Virus record (IMG/VR): IMGVR_UViG_3300044511_000090
Location: 1 to 64,000 of that record
From: a virus
Reading direction: 5' to 3' (one strand)
DNA: 64,000 bases
The notes beneath the pieces are model-generated. The model had not been told where the DNA came from. It ran no database searches and worked only from the letters and a program-made list of their open reading frames with translations. Below are positions 1 to 9,012 of the stretch, in pieces. The position numbers and the translations under genes were made by a program. Each line of letters starts with the position of its first letter. Positions within the stretch are counted from its first letter, which is position 1.

Positions 1-70
1 TACTGGCGATTCGTATGACAACAAACAAATTCATGGCCTTCAGGACTCGCGGAGAAAACCCGTTCAGATA

Positions 71-108
71 TTGACCAATTGCAGCCGCAACGATAGCCTG
101 CAACCATG
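71..108 (+). promoter_or_regulatory. sigma70-like promoter, probably leaderless, for terL
   Basis: TTGACC(71-76)-N17-TAGCCT(94-99)-N6-ATG(106); no SD upstream. Confidence 0.55.
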
Positions 109-3100
109 TTAAGCTCCTCAGACATTGCAGAACTTGAAGCCTATCTGCCGCACGCTACCGACGAAGAGAAGCGGCAAATCAATCAGCACCTTCTCTCGAT
201 CCGCAAAGTCGAAAAGAACTTCCCTTGGGCCGCTTACAGATACGACCCCATCGGCTACGCATACAACGTCCTCGGCCTCTCGATGCTCACCGAAGATCAA
301 AAGACGGCATTGAGAGCCGCCGTAACTCCGCCGTACATGGTCAAGATCGATTCAGGAAACTCGTGCGGCAAAACGCTGATTTGCGCCGTGCTCGTGAACT
401 GGCAATATGACTCCTACAATCCAGGATGCGTTTACACAACGGCCCCGTCGTCGTCGCACGTCAAGCGCGTGCTCTGGGCTCAAATACGAGACCTCAGAGC
501 CAATGCAAAGATCAATCTGCCGCAAGACTTCATTGGCCCGGCAGCGCCGGAAATGCGAAGCGACCCCAACCATTTCGCCATTGGCCTGACCGCAGATAAA
601 GGAGAAGCGATAGCTAACAGCGAAATCATCTACACACCTTCTGGTAAGAAAAAATTCGGAGACATTGCCATAGGAGACATGGTTTTCGCCTGCGATGGCT
701 CTCAAACAAAAGTGACGCATGTTTTTAAGCACTATGGAAGAAAAATTTACAAAGTAACCCTAGTAGATGGTAGGTGTGTTCGTACTGACGGGGACCACCT
801 GTGGAGCGTTATCAACCACAACTACGGCAAATACAAAACTTTCAGGCTGATGTCAACCAAAGAGATGCTGGAAACTGGCGTAACATATGGGGCAACAAAT
901 AGGCCGAAGTATTATTTGCCAACATGCGGGGCGCTGTCGTACAAGCACAAAGAAACAACAATTCCAGCATACACTATGGGGGTATGGCTTGGAGATGGGA
1001 GCTCCAGCGACAGTTCAATAACTTCTGGAGACGCTCAAATGATAGAGCTTCTCAAAAATGACAATCCGAATTGTGGCATGACGGTCAGGACTCCTAAAAA
1101 CAGGAACGCCAGCTTGATACGAATTCTTGGAATGCGTTCAAAGCTGAAATCCATTGGTATGCTTACTTCAAAATGCCGAACTAAAAGAGTCCCAACAGAA
1201 TACATGGACAACTCCACAGATGTCAGGCTAGGAGTGATCCAGGGGCTGATGGACACAGATGGGTACATAAGCCCAAATGGGACAACAAGTTTTACGTCAA
1301 CAAGCCCAGGCTTGATTGAAGACATGATGTGGCTTGTCAGATCACTTGGCGGCAGAGCATCATTAAACAACCTAGTTGACATTAAAAACGAACGATCACA
1401 CCCTTGCTACACAATGAACTTTATTCTTCCTGGATTCAGTTGCTTTAGGCTAGACAGGAAAAAACGCAGGGAAGTAAACAGAGACCGCCGAAGGGCCGCT
1501 ATTAAATCGATAGAAGAATGCGGGGTTGAAGATACTACGTGCATAAGAATCGAGCACGAAAGCAGTCTTTTTGTTATCGGAGATGGGATCGTCACCCACA
1601 ACTCCCTCAAGGGCTCTCACTTGGCGCACATGGGGTTCATTTTTGACGAAGACGAAGGATTGGGGCAGATGTATTGGGACTCGGTGCGAACCATGTTCAA
1701 GCCGACTCCAGGAATGTTCTGGCTCACGGTAGGCAACCCGTCAACAGTAAGCAGCCCTGCCTATCTCGAATCCATTCGCACGACGGACGACGGCAAGCCG
1801 ATGTGGCGCAACCTTCGCATGAGCGTGCTCGATCACCCAAACATCATTGCCGCCAGCAAGGGGCTTCCGCCTCCAATCCCCAAAGCTGTGACGGCAGAAC
1901 AGGTCGATGTCTGGGTCAAACGCCTATGCACTCCGCTTGAAGACGACGAAGAACATCGTGTCACAGACTTCCAGTGGAGAGGCAAATGGCATCGGCCAAG
2001 CGGCGAAGGCGAAACAGTCATCCTTGGTCGTCGCCCATCAACAGGAGCTTCCGGCGTCTGGTCGGACGCCCTCTGGGATGCCTGCTGCCGCCTCGAATTG
2101 CCCTTCCCAATCGACGAAATGCCCGAACTTGGCTGTGACGTGGCCAGAGTGCTTGGCGGCGATAATTGCGACATACATGCCCAATGGGGCGGCAACTCCA
2201 TCGCCCATGACTCAGCAAATGGCCGATCCATACCTGCTACAATCGCTCGGCTCAAGGAAATGGCCGAAGAGGTCTGCGAGTTTGCAAATGCCAAACGCAT
2301 CGAAATCATCAAGAACAGCAACTTAGAGCCTGAAGAAATCGCACGCGCCATGATGCACAAGCCGTGGATTCCCAAACAAATCCCCATCAAGATCGACGAT
2401 TGCGGCATCGGCAACGTCATCAGCGACTTCAAGGACGGCTGGAACTTCATCCCGGTCAATCCAGGCTGGGCCGCAAAGATGGACCTTCGCTATCCGAACG
2501 TCAGAAGCGAACTATGGTTCGAGACTATGGAAAAGGCCGTCCTCGGCGGCTTGAGTCTGCTCTACTTGCCGGAAGACGAACGGCAGATGCTCCGCATCCA
2601 GGCTTTCGCGCCAACATGGAAGCAGAACGAACGCCGAATGCGAGTTGTCGAGTCCAAAGAAGACACGAAGAAAAGACTTGGCCGATCACCGGACTGTTTT
2701 GTTGCTGGGACAAAAATCAAAACAATCAACGGAAACAAGCCAATCGAAGAAATTATGCTTGGCGAACTCGTATACACACGAAACGGATGGCATCCGGTTA
2801 TTGGGCATGGGCAAACTGAAGAAACCTCTGAAACCGTAATTGCGTCATTTTCAAACGGAGAAACGCTTGAAGCATCTCCAAACCACCCTGTTTTTGTTGA
2901 CAATAAAGGGTGGGTTCGTATCGACGCATTGGCACTGTCTGATAACATAGTCGAATGCCACAACCACAAGTTACTGTCGTGTTCAACGGGATCACTTTCA
3001 TCAGGTTCCCTGAAAGCAAAAGCGAATCTTCTCGAAAGTATTTTTACCCGTTTGCTAACAACCGAAGACTCAGTGGAATTGGCGCTCTTCATCAGGCTGT

Positions 3101-3876
3101 TTGGCGGCATCACCACGGCGAAATACCACCAAAACACGATATTCACCACGTTGATGGAAACCCTCTCAACAACGATATTTCCAACCTTGAGTGCCTCACA
3201 AAGAAAGATCATGCTGAAAGACACAGAGGCACATGCTCAGAAAGGAAGAAAGCGAACCTCGACAGGATACGCCATCTTACCAAAGAATGGCACTCAAGCG
3301 ATGAGGGAAGAAAATGGCATTCTGAGCACGCTAGGAAATCTTATGAGTCCAGAGTTCCTGTCGTCAAAACATGCGACCAGTGCAGCAAAGAATACAAAAA
3401 CTTTTCTCGCAGGGAAACAGACAGGTTTTGCTCATCTAAATGCGCTCAAAAATGGTATTACAGACATAAAACAATGTTTGTTGAATCTTCTTGCCCTGAG
3501 TGCGGAATCAAAACTAAAAAGCAGCCTGGGCGCGGCAAGAAGTGCTGCTCTCAATCATGTGGTGCGCGTAGAAGGTGGAGGCTCAAAAAAGAAGGTGTTC
3601 AATCTGACAGTTGATTCTGAGCATGAGTATTTTGCAAACGGAATACTCGTACACAATTGCATGGACGCCTTCAACTTGGCCCATTTTCACGCCAATTTCG
3701 GCTCTCCAAAGCTCATATCTATCGAGACCGGCGTATCTCGCGCAAGCAAAACGATGGGCGCTCGCATCGGCATCGGTGGCATCGGCCAGCGCGGGTCACA
3801 ACCAGCTGCTGACCGAGGCGAAGAACCGCCGCGAAGGGAAGAAAAGCGATCACTTTGGGGAAAGAACAGGCGGTGA
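106..3876 (+). CDS. terL: Terminase large subunit interrupted by two inteins
   Basis: Walker A SGNSCGKT, Walker B FIFDE, GNP coupling motif, nuclease LGCDVAR, and C-terminal SPD/CMDA once the inteins are removed. Confidence 0.92.
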   Translation: MLSSSDIAELEAYLPHATDEEKRQINQHLLSIRKVEKNFPWAAYRYDPIGYAYNVLGLSMLTEDQKTALRAAVTPPYMVKIDSGNSCGKTLICAVLVNWQYDSYNPGCVYTTAPSSSHVKRVLWAQIRDLRANAKINLPQDFIGPAAPEMRSDPNHFAIGLTADKGEAIANSEIIYTPSGKKKFGDIAIGDMVFACDGSQTKVTHVFKHYGRKIYKVTLVDGRCVRTDGDHLWSVINHNYGKYKTFRLMSTKEMLETGVTYGATNRPKYYLPTCGALSYKHKETTIPAYTMGVWLGDGSSSDSSITSGDAQMIELLKNDNPNCGMTVRTPKNRNASLIRILGMRSKLKSIGMLTSKCRTKRVPTEYMDNSTDVRLGVIQGLMDTDGYISPNGTTSFTSTSPGLIEDMMWLVRSLGGRASLNNLVDIKNERSHPCYTMNFILPGFSCFRLDRKKRREVNRDRRRAAIKSIEECGVEDTTCIRIEHESSLFVIGDGIVTHNSLKGSHLAHMGFIFDEDEGLGQMYWDSVRTMFKPTPGMFWLTVGNPSTVSSPAYLESIRTTDDGKPMWRNLRMSVLDHPNIIAASKGLPPPIPKAVTAEQVDVWVKRLCTPLEDDEEHRVTDFQWRGKWHRPSGEGETVILGRRPSTGASGVWSDALWDACCRLELPFPIDEMPELGCDVARVLGGDNCDIHAQWGGNSIAHDSANGRSIPATIARLKEMAEEVCEFANAKRIEIIKNSNLEPEEIARAMMHKPWIPKQIPIKIDDCGIGNVISDFKDGWNFIPVNPGWAAKMDLRYPNVRSELWFETMEKAVLGGLSLLYLPEDERQMLRIQAFAPTWKQNERRMRVVESKEDTKKRLGRSPDCFVAGTKIKTINGNKPIEEIMLGELVYTRNGWHPVIGHGQTEETSETVIASFSNGETLEASPNHPVFVDNKGWVRIDALALSDNIVECHNHKLLSCSTGSLSSGSLKAKANLLESIFTRLLTTEDSVELALFIRLFGGITTAKYHQNTIFTTLMETLSTTIFPTLSASQRKIMLKDTEAHAQKGRKRTSTGYAILPKNGTQAMREENGILSTLGNLMSPEFLSSKHATSAAKNTKTFLAGKQTGFAHLNALKNGITDIKQCLLNLLALSAESKLKSSLGAARSAALNHVVRVEGGGSKKKVFNLTVDSEHEYFANGILVHNCMDAFNLAHFHANFGSPKLISIETGVSRASKTMGARIGIGGIGQRGSQPAADRGEEPPRREEKRSLWGKNRR
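607..1602 (+). mobile_element. Class 3-type intein with LAGLIDADG endonuclease (332 aa)
   Basis: Starts with Ala (AIANSEIIYTPSG); TDGDHLW block B, TTCI block F, IVTHN/S end (W-C-T triplet); GVWLGDGS and GLMDTDG dodecapeptide motifs. Confidence 0.88.
2695..3657 (+). mobile_element. Intein (321 aa) with an out-of-frame HNH gene in its endonuclease slot
   Basis: CFVAGTKI start, ASPNHPV block B, VFNLTV...YFANGILVHN/C end. Confidence 0.9.
2955..3614 (+). CDS. HNH homing endonuclease with C-terminal Cys-rich repeats, nested in an alternate frame
   Basis: LHQAVW..HHGEIP...IHHVDGNPLNNDISNLECLT...H; CxxC/FCSxxC motifs; TGnTAACAT-N6-ATG upstream. Confidence 0.85.
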   Translation: MPQPQVTVVFNGITFIRFPESKSESSRKYFYPFANNRRLSGIGALHQAVWRHHHGEIPPKHDIHHVDGNPLNNDISNLECLTKKDHAERHRGTCSERKKANLDRIRHLTKEWHSSDEGRKWHSEHARKSYESRVPVVKTCDQCSKEYKNFSRRETDRFCSSKCAQKWYYRHKTMFVESSCPECGIKTKKQPGRGKKCCSQSCGARRRWRLKKEGVQSDS

Positions 3877-4071
3877 TACTCGCTTGTTCTTTGCAATTCG
3901 GCCACATCCAGAACAGAAAAAACACTTCGGGCAAACCTTGTCAAAGTTTGTGAATGAATATGGCTTTTTGTAAGTGCCATGCCCGCAATTCTTACAAACA
4001 ATCGGGCACGTAGGAGCAGCACCGTTCGGCATTCCACATCCGCTCCGTGGACAATAATCAGCACGCCGCGC

Positions 4072-4752
4072 CTATTTTTGACTTCTTGCAGCGACCTTGT
4101 CAGCCAGCATCCCGGCCAGCCGTTCTTTGATCTTTTGATAACGCTCTTTCATGGCATCATCGAAAGCCGCTAATTCATGCTTGGAGTTGAACAACGAGTG
4201 GCTAAATGAAACCTCGACCACTCCAAGACGACCATTGGAATCCCTGTAGCAAATATCTTTGTCAGTAATCGCAACCAGAATTAGTTTTTCTAACGAAAAT
4301 CCAAACGATCCTGGACTGCCAAATGCCCTAAAAAACTCTTGGCCGATTCCAGGAATGACAAACTGATTTTTAACCGGCTTCGGTAGCTCCTTCTCCAATC
4401 TCCAATAGTCAGAAGAAGAAAGCGACACTTCCGAAGTGTACTCGTCAAGAATGATCGTTGACAACTTGCCGTCAGATAACACTGCTTTGTACGACACGAA
4501 CTCGTCATCCTCCCCATCGCGCGTGAATGAATAGCCATTCGCGTACATAACGGTGTTGCTGTCGTAGAAATCGATTTCGCTGGGGTGATTCTCGATCTTC
4601 CCATCAGGCCCAAACAAGCCTTCCTGCCTGATTTCGTAACTGCTGCAATCGCAGTCCAGGTCTTTCGTCTGGTACTCGTGGTCGTCAGACTTCACGAAGT
4701 TGGCCTTCTTCGGCAATTTGACATTGCACTTGATGTGGTCAAACATTCCCAT
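4072..4752 (-). CDS. Hypothetical phage protein (MGMFD...YQTKDLDC type)
   Basis: GGAGG SD before MGMFD; N-terminus resembles a common phage hypothetical family. Confidence 0.65.
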   Translation of the reverse strand: MGMFDHIKCNVKLPKKANFVKSDDHEYQTKDLDCDCSSYEIRQEGLFGPDGKIENHPSEIDFYDSNTVMYANGYSFTRDGEDDEFVSYKAVLSDGKLSTIILDEYTSEVSLSSSDYWRLEKELPKPVKNQFVIPGIGQEFFRAFGSPGSFGFSLEKLILVAITDKDICYRDSNGRLGVVEVSFSHSLFNSKHELAAFDDAMKERYQKIKERLAGMLADKVAARSQK

Positions 4753-4771
4753 TCTTTCGGCCTCCAATCTG

Positions 4772-5068
4772 CTAAACAGCAGAATCAATAGATAAGGCTT
4801 CCAGTTTCGATTCAACTTCTTTCAGTTCGGCGCGAAGCTGCAACAATGTTTCATCTCGTATCTTGCTGTGAAAATCGTCCGACATGCAAATCGGAACGCG
4901 CTGAGCGCTGGCGTTCCCAGGCTTAGATGCGCCTCGATCAAATGCCAGGAACAATTGTTCGCAGTTTTTAAGCCACGAGATTCGCTCCCTCAAGATCGCC
5001 AAATCACCAAGTAACTGTTTGCCAACATTGGCAATCTTTTCAATCCTATGAATTTCTTCTGGCGTCAC
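4772..5068 (-). CDS. Hypothetical protein
   Basis: GGAGG SD, GTG start, coiled-coil-like sequence. Confidence 0.55.
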   Translation of the reverse strand: MTPEEIHRIEKIANVGKQLLGDLAILRERISWLKNCEQLFLAFDRGASKPGNASAQRVPICMSDDFHSKIRDETLLQLRAELKEVESKLEALSIDSAV

Positions 5069-5139
5069 ATATGCCTCCGGTAAATGGTCAAAAACAACAC
5101 ATGATTACCGTAATTGTAGTGCATATGCCAGACACGTCA

Positions 5140-5750
5140 ACCGCACAGACTCTTGCGGCGACAGATTCTTCCAGGCTGAAATGGTTGATAGAAAAGGCTG
5201 GCCACAAGTGACGCCGGTGGCCAGCCCAAAGGTGAACAAACCCCGACAGCCGATTCACCGATCAGGGTTCGATATTCAAGATAGCAAGACACAAGAACAT
5301 TGGCAATACGAAAACAAGACACATTGATGCCGGTATGGGTTGGGTTCGCGCACCGACCCCGTTGAAAAGGCCGGTCGTCGTGTGCCGTATAAGGGCGGGA
5401 CGCTTCCGTTGGAGATGATTGATTTTCGTGGTACTCCTAATTCCCCCGTCACCACGTCTGAAGGCTTTCGCGGACCAAGGCCGTGTTTCGGATACCTTAC
5501 CTTGCATCAGATTTACGCCAGTGGATGAAACCATGCCGCTGGCAAAAGACGCACTTCCTAACTGCGGCGTCTGAGTCGCATTCCCTTGTGTACCCGCAGG
5601 TCGGCAAAGGGGGCCGGTCTCTCAACATGGAGTTTTTGAAAGTTTTTCTGTTGCTGTGTCAGGCAAGATATGCTAGGCTAACCTAGTTCTCTGCTGCTGC
5701 TACAGCGAGACACCGGCCATCAGTAGTTTGTGCTGCTGATGGCCACTTTC
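5140..5750. ncRNA. Candidate structured non-coding RNA or regulatory region
   Basis: About 650-nt gap without a convincing ORF, with many complementary segments (5196-5226, 5325/5509, 5517-5543, 5547-5572, 5715-5744). Confidence 0.35.
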
Positions 5751-5792
5751 TTTGGCGTCGTTTCATACTCTACCACATCGCCAATCGGCGTG

Positions 5793-6536
5793 TCAACTGG
5801 CAATCGTTCCGGTTTCTGGAAACAGCCTGGAATCCCACATGCGCTTGTTCTTTTCCACTGTATTCCAGAGGAAATTGACAATTTGCTTGGCCTCTCCAGC
5901 CCTCTCAATCGCTTTGGCCTCGACTTGCCGAACCCGCTCTTTGCTAACTCCCCAATCGTCAGCTATCTGCTGAAGGGTCTCGCCTTTCTCGAATCGTCGC
6001 ACGAGGACTTCGACATGCTTCGGCTTGAGCAAGAGAGACAGGATGCACTTGGTCTCAGGCATCATGGTCTCGCGTGGTTCTTCGTACTCTGGCCGATCCA
6101 AAACGTCGAACTGCAAATTCTCTCGACAGTCTTTTGTTTCTGAAAACTTATCCGACAACGAGATAACGCCATACTTTCTTGAGAACGAATTGAACACTTG
6201 GCCAATTCTTGATGTCAAAACAAGTGCCGCTCTTTGGACCCGATGCCTGATCCTGAACGTGGCATGTGTTGACCTTTTGGTGTTGTAAGATGGGTCAAAC
6301 GACAGGCACGACTCGCAAAGGCCAATGACGGCGGCTTGCGCCAAGTCTTCTGCAAATTGGCCTACTAATTTGTAAGGCTTGATGTTGTTTGTTACCATCG
6401 CCAAGAAGCGAGCATACCTGTTAGCGATTTTGAACGCTAGGCCGAGATTCTCGACCACCCATTCCCGTTCTTCTGGCGTGAGTTGCCTTGACTTCGGCTG
6501 TTCGGCAGAGATTATGCCCTGAGTCGATTGCTGCAT
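5793..6536 (-). CDS. Sigma70-family RNA polymerase sigma factor-like protein
   Basis: ENLGLAFKIA, EDLAQAAVIGL...FDP region 2; TLQQIADDWGVSKERVRQVE region 4 HTH. Confidence 0.85.
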   Translation of the reverse strand: MQQSTQGIISAEQPKSRQLTPEEREWVVENLGLAFKIANRYARFLAMVTNNIKPYKLVGQFAEDLAQAAVIGLCESCLSFDPSYNTKRSTHATFRIRHRVQRAALVLTSRIGQVFNSFSRKYGVISLSDKFSETKDCRENLQFDVLDRPEYEEPRETMMPETKCILSLLLKPKHVEVLVRRFEKGETLQQIADDWGVSKERVRQVEAKAIERAGEAKQIVNFLWNTVEKNKRMWDSRLFPETGTIAS

Positions 6537-6689
6537 TGTCGTGCTCCGTAATCGGCCAGGGCGGACTGTGTGAGAGCAGTGCCGCCCATTTTTCATTCAC
6601 CATTGCTTGTTGTATCAGATGAAGCCGGGTCTGTCTCAAGCAGGCACTTCTGGCAAATCATCTGATTCCACATTTAGAGAGTGTACGTG

Positions 6690-7010
6690 TTATGGCCTCA
6701 TGTGATCCGTGACGAGATAATCAAGTTCACCGTAAACGAATTCAACGTCATACCATCCTGGCTGGAAACCGTCTTTTTTATCGCCGTTTTTTTGGATCAG
6801 TGCGATGGACTTGATTTCAGTTGCGTACATCCACGGATAGATTTGATGCTTCAGAGGCATGATTCTTGGCCCATCGTAGCCGATTGTAGGCAAACGATGC
6901 GATTTCTTACCACCAAGCATTCCATCCGAAGGAACATCGCCAAGAATCAGCCTGATGGCAGAACATATGCCTCTTGGTGTTCTACACAGGAAAGGGATTG
7001 TTTGTGTCAT
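6690..7010 (-). CDS. Hypothetical protein
   Basis: ORF in operon orientation, starting just after the orphan stop at 7018. Confidence 0.5.
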   Translation of the reverse strand: MTQTIPFLCRTPRGICSAIRLILGDVPSDGMLGGKKSHRLPTIGYDGPRIMPLKHQIYPWMYATEIKSIALIQKNGDKKDGFQPGWYDVEFVYGELDYLVTDHMRP

Positions 7011-7017
7011 TGATCAC

Positions 7018-7077
7018 TTAATCGAACAAGAACAGCTTCACGTTGGCGGTCGAGCCAGAGTAGTTGCCGATGGCGAT
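7018..7077 (-). pseudogene. Orphaned original 3' end of gene 7735-8196
   Basis: Encodes IAIGNYSGSTANVKLFLFD*, identical to the C-terminus of 7735-8196 but with different codons. Confidence 0.9.
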
Positions 7078-7727
7078 GACAGAGACTTTTCGACTGACCA
7101 CCCTCTTTTTATTCTCTTTGAAATCGTCAGCCTAGATATTCCGGTAATTTCAGCCCATTCCGATAAGCACATCGTTCTGCCAAAGCACGATATAATCCTA
7201 TTGGACCTCTTATTCCTTTGCTGCTCAATTTGAGTAGCCCATCTTACATTTCCAGGCTTGTAGTCTCCGTCATTATCAGGGAACCTGTCAAGCGAATGGG
7301 AGGGAGACGGCCTGTATCCAACATCCAGCAAGAAATTGCTGAAAGAGTTTGCCCACCTTTCGCAAACTCTTATGCCCCTGCCACCATAGTCTTTGAAGTC
7401 ATGCGACGTTTTTCTTGTGCATCTCTTTTTGATTGCGGCCCACGCCGCGTATTCTGGAGATTGCTTTCTTGTCTTAGATTTACTGCATCCGTGGACAAAT
7501 CTTCGACTCTTGGTGGAATCTCTAGTAGCACATCCGCAGCTTGAATTCCCTGCTAAAAGAGTTGAAGAACTTACAATATCGACATTACCACAATCGCACC
7601 GGCACTTCCAAGAGCACAATGTTTTAGACCCGAACTTTCTTTTGCCTTCGTATGAAATAACAACCCGTCTGCCAATTCGATCACCTGTAAGGTTTTTGAA
7701 CTTTTTACTTTTTGGGAAATCAAACAT
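7038..7727 (-). CDS. Free-standing His-Me finger (HNH-type) homing endonuclease
   Basis: WKCRCDCG, YGGRGIRVCERW, SLDRFPDNDGDYKPGNVRWAT..EQQRN; GAGG SD. Confidence 0.85.
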   Translation of the reverse strand: MFDFPKSKKFKNLTGDRIGRRVVISYEGKRKFGSKTLCSWKCRCDCGNVDIVSSSTLLAGNSSCGCATRDSTKSRRFVHGCSKSKTRKQSPEYAAWAAIKKRCTRKTSHDFKDYGGRGIRVCERWANSFSNFLLDVGYRPSPSHSLDRFPDNDGDYKPGNVRWATQIEQQRNKRSNRIISCFGRTMCLSEWAEITGISRLTISKRIKRGWSVEKSLSSPSATTLARPPT

Positions 7728-7734
7728 GGTAGCC

Positions 7735-8196
7735 TCAATCAAAGAGGAACAATTTGACATTCGCAGTAGAACCAGAATAATTTCCAATAGCGATACTGTC
7801 TATCTCCTCCATTGAAGGTTCTGACGATCCAGTTATCAACGCTGTGCTTGCCACAGGACGAATCGAGCCGTAGCCAGAGAGCTTGAACGGCGCATACTTC
7901 CTGACCTTGACCGTCTCGCTTCCGGTCTGGCCGATGAGTTGGAGATAGACCGTCTGATCGGCCCAAAACCACAAGTAGTCGAAGTCTGTCGGGAAGTTGG
8001 AGTCTTCATCCCATGCCGTGCGAACAGTGGCCGTTGGAATCTGGCCGATGTACGTGTATATGAGCCCGGTGACAGTAGGCGACTCAGAAAATGCGTAAAA
8101 CTCGCTGGCCAAAGTGTCGGATTCGCCGTGGTTGGCGGCGAATGTCGTGCCGTTGACCTCGATTGAGAATCGGTCGATGATGTTCAGGTTTGCCAT
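7735..8196 (-). CDS. Hypothetical (possibly virion) protein; target of the HNH insertion
   Basis: GAGG SD; GC3-rich body switching to AT3-rich in the last ~40 codons. Confidence 0.75.
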   Translation of the reverse strand: MANLNIIDRFSIEVNGTTFAANHGESDTLASEFYAFSESPTVTGLIYTYIGQIPTATVRTAWDEDSNFPTDFDYLWFWADQTVYLQLIGQTGSETVKVRKYAPFKLSGYGSIRPVASTALITGSSEPSMEEIDSIAIGNYSGSTANVKLFLFD

Positions 8197-8242
8197 TGCA
8201 GTGCCTCATGGTTGTGGGATGAAACAGTCGATCCGATTGGCC

Positions 8243-8461
8243 TCAGATCGTGTCGATGAAGCCGTGCGTATGCGACATCTTGATAAGATCGTCAGCAGCC
8301 TGCAACGCTTCGATGCGGCTGTATCTGCGGGAATAGAATTCGTTGCCAAGATAAACGTCATAACTTCCGTCATCGCGTTCGAGGACAAGAACTTTCTTTC
8401 TGACCATCACTTGTCCGGCCTTCCATCGCTCCAGTTGCTTTTTCTTCTTCGATTTTTCCAT
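8243..8461 (-). CDS. Hypothetical protein
   Basis: ORF with GGGG SD-like element. Confidence 0.5.
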   Translation of the reverse strand: MEKSKKKKQLERWKAGQVMVRKKVLVLERDDGSYDVYLGNEFYSRRYSRIEALQAADDLIKMSHTHGFIDTI

Positions 8462-8504
8462 GTCATCCCCTTTTGGTTCGTGATCAGATTGGCCACTTGT
8501 TCTC

Positions 8505-8720
8505 CTACCTTTCGTCGTGATCGGTCTCTCCTCTGAAATGCTTGCCAAGACCTGGACTTGATGCTTGGCCAAGTTCTCGCTGGAATTTCCATCCGCACAG
8601 TTTGCTGCCAGAGCTAATCGGCAGAGGCACTCCGTTAGCGTCTGAGTTGCACATCACTATATCACGCTCGGCGTCAGTTTCAAAAGACCATCCGCCACAT
8701 TTCGGGCAAGCGAAGTCCAT
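8505..8720 (-). CDS. Small Zn-finger protein (paralog A)
   Basis: CPKCGG...CNSD..GVPL.ISSGS..CGW shared with 11330-11515; GGAG SD. Confidence 0.6.
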   Translation of the reverse strand: MDFACPKCGGWSFETDAERDIVMCNSDANGVPLPISSGSKLCGWKFQRELGQASSPGLGKHFRGETDHDER

Positions 8721-8793
8721 TTCTTCTCCAGTTTGATCACAACCATACGGGAACTGATCGGAGTCGGGTCAGTGCGGCGCTGGGCTGGGTTGT

Positions 8794-9012
8794 TCATGTT
8801 TCTTCTCGGATGTACTTGGCGACCTGTTCCAGTTGGTCAGGCGTCAAATACTCTCCAACAAACAAAGCGAACTTCCCTTTTGACACAAGACCGACCTCTT
8901 GGCCACGCAACGAGACTGTCCAGTACGTCCAGTCGTTAGGACGGCGGCACTTCTTGAACTCAAGCTGTTCTGTTGTTGTGCTGCTCACGCTTCCACTCCT
9001 TGATAAACTCAA
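8794..9012 (-). CDS. Small hypothetical protein, tandem paralog of 8960-9256
   Basis: LEFK..RR....WTV.LRG..VG..S.G.F....G..LT...LEQV shared. Confidence 0.6.
   Translation of the reverse strand: MSLSRSGSVSSTTTEQLEFKKCRRPNDWTYWTVSLRGQEVGLVSKGKFALFVGEYLTPDQLEQVAKYIREET

Noticed and set aside
2562-3224. 220-aa antisense ORF over intein 2
   Set aside because: No recognisable motifs; expected shadow of two stop-free sense frames
7018-7794. Group I intron explanation for the HNH insertion
   Set aside because: The insert is almost fully coding with no room for a ribozyme core, and the upstream gene is already complete
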